From Psammoneis japonica (Eukaryota), in assembly GCA_008632985.1 (NCBI GenBank), contig QPGO01000076.1, forward strand, positions 186,001 to 250,000: a stretch of DNA of 64,000 bases, written 5' to 3'. The notes beneath the pieces are model-generated. The model searched no databases. It was not told where the DNA came from and saw only the letters and a program-made list of their open reading frames with translations. The position numbers were made by a program, and so were the translations under genes. Shown here in pieces: positions 60,451-64,000 of this stretch (its first letter is position 1; each line of letters opens with the position of its first letter).

Positions 60451-63400
60451 GACATGGGCGATGCATCCAGCGAACCGTGCCCTGCCCGTGTTGTTGTTGG
60501 TTTCTGCAAGGATTCTGATGGGCTCACCAAGGCAATTGTTTGCTCCATTGACTGCAAGTTGACATCAGCATGGTGGACCGAGTCCAAATTTGGTCAACAC
60601 AAGATTGTTCACTCATTGTGTGCAAGAATTTCAATCATCCAGAAGACCATTGAATCAATCTCCTGATTGCATGTGTTGCGTCCCACTCCTTCCTCATTTT
60701 GACAGAGGCCAAGTCATCTCCAAATGAAATGGGAGACAAGGCAATGGGCTGCCAATGGGGCAAACCAAAGCTGTGCAGCAGGGACCCATTGACAACTTGC
60801 TCCAGCATGCTCTTCATTGGCACAGGATCATCCATCGTGAGACTGTTGCCACCATGCTTGGCTTGCTGTCTGGCAATCTTGGCTGATGTGGCACCTCTCC
60901 AGTCTTCTCACAGCATTCTTGCAGGATTTTCTTGCCTCCCCCCCTCTTTTCCTCTGCACCTTCCACAACGAAGACACAAACTGTTGCCTCATGCCTTTTG
61001 GCAGCAGTTTGTCACCCGCCATCTTCAGAGTGCTTCCAAAAATTGCTGTGCAGGCAAATGTTGTTGTGCGACCTGTTTGTGGAAAGTGCATCTTCGATCA
61101 TGGTGAGTTGCACATCATTGGGTGGAACAAATGATGACAATCTCATGTGCGCCACAGTTTGCAATGGATGGGGCACACGCCAACGGATCGCCCAAGGCAT
61201 GACTCAATGGATTGCTCAACGCATCACATTGTCTGTCCACGAGGCCCAACTGATGGACAAAAAACACATTTGAGGGTGGTTGGTTGCCACTTTTTTTAGC
61301 TCGAATTTGGCTGAATGGCCGTGTTTTGCATGATTTTTCCTGAATTTCACCACGCTTCACCGTGGTGAAAACAGCAAACCACAAGTCTGTGACAGAGGTG
61401 GCCCGTCTGCCAACTCTCATTTGTTTTGTGTTTGTTGTGTGTCAAAGATTGCACACACATGAAAAGTTGGCAGACGGCAAACTGCATTTTTGAGAAAAAT
61501 CGATGATTGTCATCATTGTCATGCTTCGATCGCGGTGTTGATGGTTCTCGTTTTCATGTGCAATCGGGTGTGACTGTGAACAATTCTTGCATTCAAAAAC
61601 AAACACTGCAAAAAACCTTGTTCAAATGCAATGGCAATTTTAGGATGGGCATGGGGATGACCCCCCCCAACCCCGATCCGAACAAGGTGAGGATTGCACA
61701 CGCACACGCAACTGCGCAACATGCTGGGATGCTGGGGCGCCATTGTGTGGCAACACATTTTCTCCTTTTTGGACAAAACAGATGCTCAAACTCTCCCTGC
61801 ATCCCAAATTTCACACCATTTCCTTTGTCACACAGCAGCCATTGCTTGGTGGAGAATCGCGGACAGTCCTCATTGCCAAAGAGATGATTTCTGCAATGAC
61901 AGCTCAAGGAGAAAGATTTGCTGGATGACAGCAGCTGGGGAAACAATGGACAAAAATTTCTTTTGGGCAGAAATGTTTCCCGATGCAGAGGAGGAGTCAC
62001 GCTGGAGCATCGACACAAAAACAAGAGACGTTTCCATCAACACTCACAGCTCCAATGCTTCCTGTCCATGTGCAGCCATCATTGCGTGCCCACACCTGCT
62101 TGGAGACATGACATTGGAGAAACCTGTTTTCAAGATTGGGTGCCAAACAACTGCATTTCCTGTGGATGTGTGTCACTTGATGTTTTCAGTGTGGAGATTT
62201 TGTGCAGAATTCCACAGGCAAATGTCGCGCGGAGTCCCACCCAGGGCTGGAATGCACGATCATTTGCACTGGATGGTGCAGCACAGCAAATTGCTTGTGC
62301 TTGCTCTGAGTCCTTCATTGACACACACATTGTCTGTGACCACCCGGCAAAGAGGCATCCATCAAAGTGGGCATCCTGTTTCAGATGGGCTGATGTTGAG
62401 AAGAAGAATTTTGAGTTCATTGCTGTGACAGCAGAGCTGCAGTCACTCCTGATGCAACAACGCAACACAATTGAGCATGCCACCCAAATTGGTGAAGCAC
62501 AGAAGAAGATTCAGAATCTTGAGAACTGCGCAAAGCATCAGCCACCCAGCTTCTCTGTGAGGCTGGAAAAATTTGTTGAAGATGTGACTCAGCTGGAGAA
62601 AGGGGAACATCAGAATTGAACAGCCCAGACTCAAGCAGATCTGTGGATTGTAAAAATGACAGCAGACAGGGATTCGAAATTCACAGTCTTGGGCAATTCT
62701 GATTTTGTCATGATGTCAGTTCAAGCAGAAAATTGAGTGAAAACTTGCTGATGTCATGGCAAAAGACATCAAAATTGCCATGAGACTCAAGCAGCAGATT
62801 TGTTTGTTCAGAATGCACACAGGTCAAAAACCCATCACGGATCTTCTTGACAAAATCCTCTGTCTGAAATTGGGGAGGTGCCCATCTCTTCAAACAAACA
62901 AAGGACACATTCTTGATTGCCCAGTGCTCAGTGGGGTGCAACATCCAATTTGACAAAGGTCACCACCAGATGTAGAGATGCAAAAGTGACCAGTCAAATG
63001 TGCTGTCAACCCAGGTTGTGGCAGATGAAAAGCCAAGTGTGTGCTGTCAACCTGAGGCGTGGCCGATGATGAAAAGTTTGGGGTCGACAAGGCTCTTCAC
63101 AAGGGTTGTGTGGCTGTTGTCCATTCCGGCAATGAGAGAGGCACAAAATGCACCAAACTGTCTTGGTTCATTAAAAGAGGGTGCAAAAACCAACTTTGGG
63201 ACATTGATTTTCTCTGCAACATGTGGCGAGTGCTTGTGTTTCAAGCGAACTTCATGTTTGACATGTTTCAATGAACGTCGATGCTGCAATGCATTTTGCA
63301 GTGGCAACAACCGCAAATGGAATGTCACAATGATGCACCAAGAAACAGCGCAGAAATGCACAGTTACAAGCAGCACTGCAGTGTTTGCAACACAAGATGG

Positions 63401-64000
63401 CTCATGCCACTTGTGTTGACGCGGGTGAAGTGCATCTTCACTGCACGACAAAGCACGGTCGCAGACTCTACGACAAAATTTGCGCCAGAAAAATTGAGCC
63501 CCCCCTCCCCCCCCCCACCCCCAAAAATGAACCGTGAACAACTTCAATGGGCAATTTTTCACCTGGTGTGGGCAGAGCATTTTGACTGACTTGACTCAAG
63601 CACAGCAAGAGTCAACATGCCAAAGTGGCCTGGGTGTTAAAGTGTTGGAAGGAACACAAAACAGCATCAATGACCGCGGGTGGAGCCGGCAGTGGTGGCA
63701 GCAGAAAGGGCTCTGGCAGAAGAGTGGCCCACATCAAAGGACAAGGAGCTCCATTTGGGGCCAAGTGTGATGCCAAAAAAGAGCTGGAATGAAAGCAGAG
63801 TGCCCGGTCGGTCTTGGCCATTGTCGCGGAAGCACGCTCCAGACAAGAAAGCAAGCATCAGAAAACAAAAAACCGAAATCCATTTTGCCGCTGCCTTGCC
63901 ACAGCCCACACCAACACCGACCACAGCAGACCCACGTTCCCCAGCACCCACAAAGGTCAGCAGGGACAATTCAAACACTGCCAAACATTGTCAGAAAGAC

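Larger units (their letters stand above)
53110..64000. other. TpA-depleted tract 5 (runs to the window end)
   Basis: About 20 TA in ~11 kb by eye; the ORF track here is nearly Tyr-free and stops are nearly all TGA. Confidence 0.93.

Noticed and set aside
61403..61477. 13-bp inverted repeat ccgtctgccaact / agttggcagacgg
   Set aside because: The repeat is real, but no TSD or second copy was found, so no element could be assigned.
53110..64000. Many long overlapping ORFs (e.g. 54359-55258, 56609-57403, 61694-62428) as genuine genes
   Set aside because: They are explained by loss of TAA/TAG stops. They are Tyr-free and Cys/His-rich, and are antisense to or fragments of decayed elements.

Overview
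Eukaryotic genomic DNA, most likely from a diatom: short GT-AG introns and an LHC gene with the ASAFAP plastid-targeting motif. The window alternates between two compartments. (1) Gene-dense blocks of normal composition: Ariadne RBR E3 ligase, GPC1-like acyltransferase, HSD17B10-like SDR, macrodomain, TMEM87/GOST-like 7TM, Nudix, glutathionyl-hydroquinone reductase, LHC, COPI-associated protein, SohB/S49 peptidase, Thg1-like, PsbP-like, SMARCAD1/Fun30-like SNF2, a methyltransferase and several hypotheticals. Many carry single-base frameshifts that suggest an unpolished long-read assembly. (2) Five tracts, roughly 24 kb in total (about 4.5-6.35, 7.7-11.7, 14.1-17.8, 26.9-30.85 and 53.1-64 kb), in which the dinucleotide TpA is almost absent. 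These tracts hold decayed transposons (Ty1/copia, Plavaka-like, a 4-bp-TSD MITE) and pseudogenes. The main result is that TpA appears to have been converted to TpG or CpA (A>G on either strand). Two copies of one MITE differ almost only at TA sites. Conserved protein motifs in the pseudogenes are restored by reverting TG/CA to TA (ART STS>SAS and VYRG>VHWG, copia ALYG>ALCG, LamG AWV>AWA). This looks like a region-targeted hypermutation running opposite to fungal RIP, which I do not recognise as a described system. The main alternative is a TpA-specific DNA base modification miscalled by long-read sequencing. All counts are by eye and need computational confirmation.
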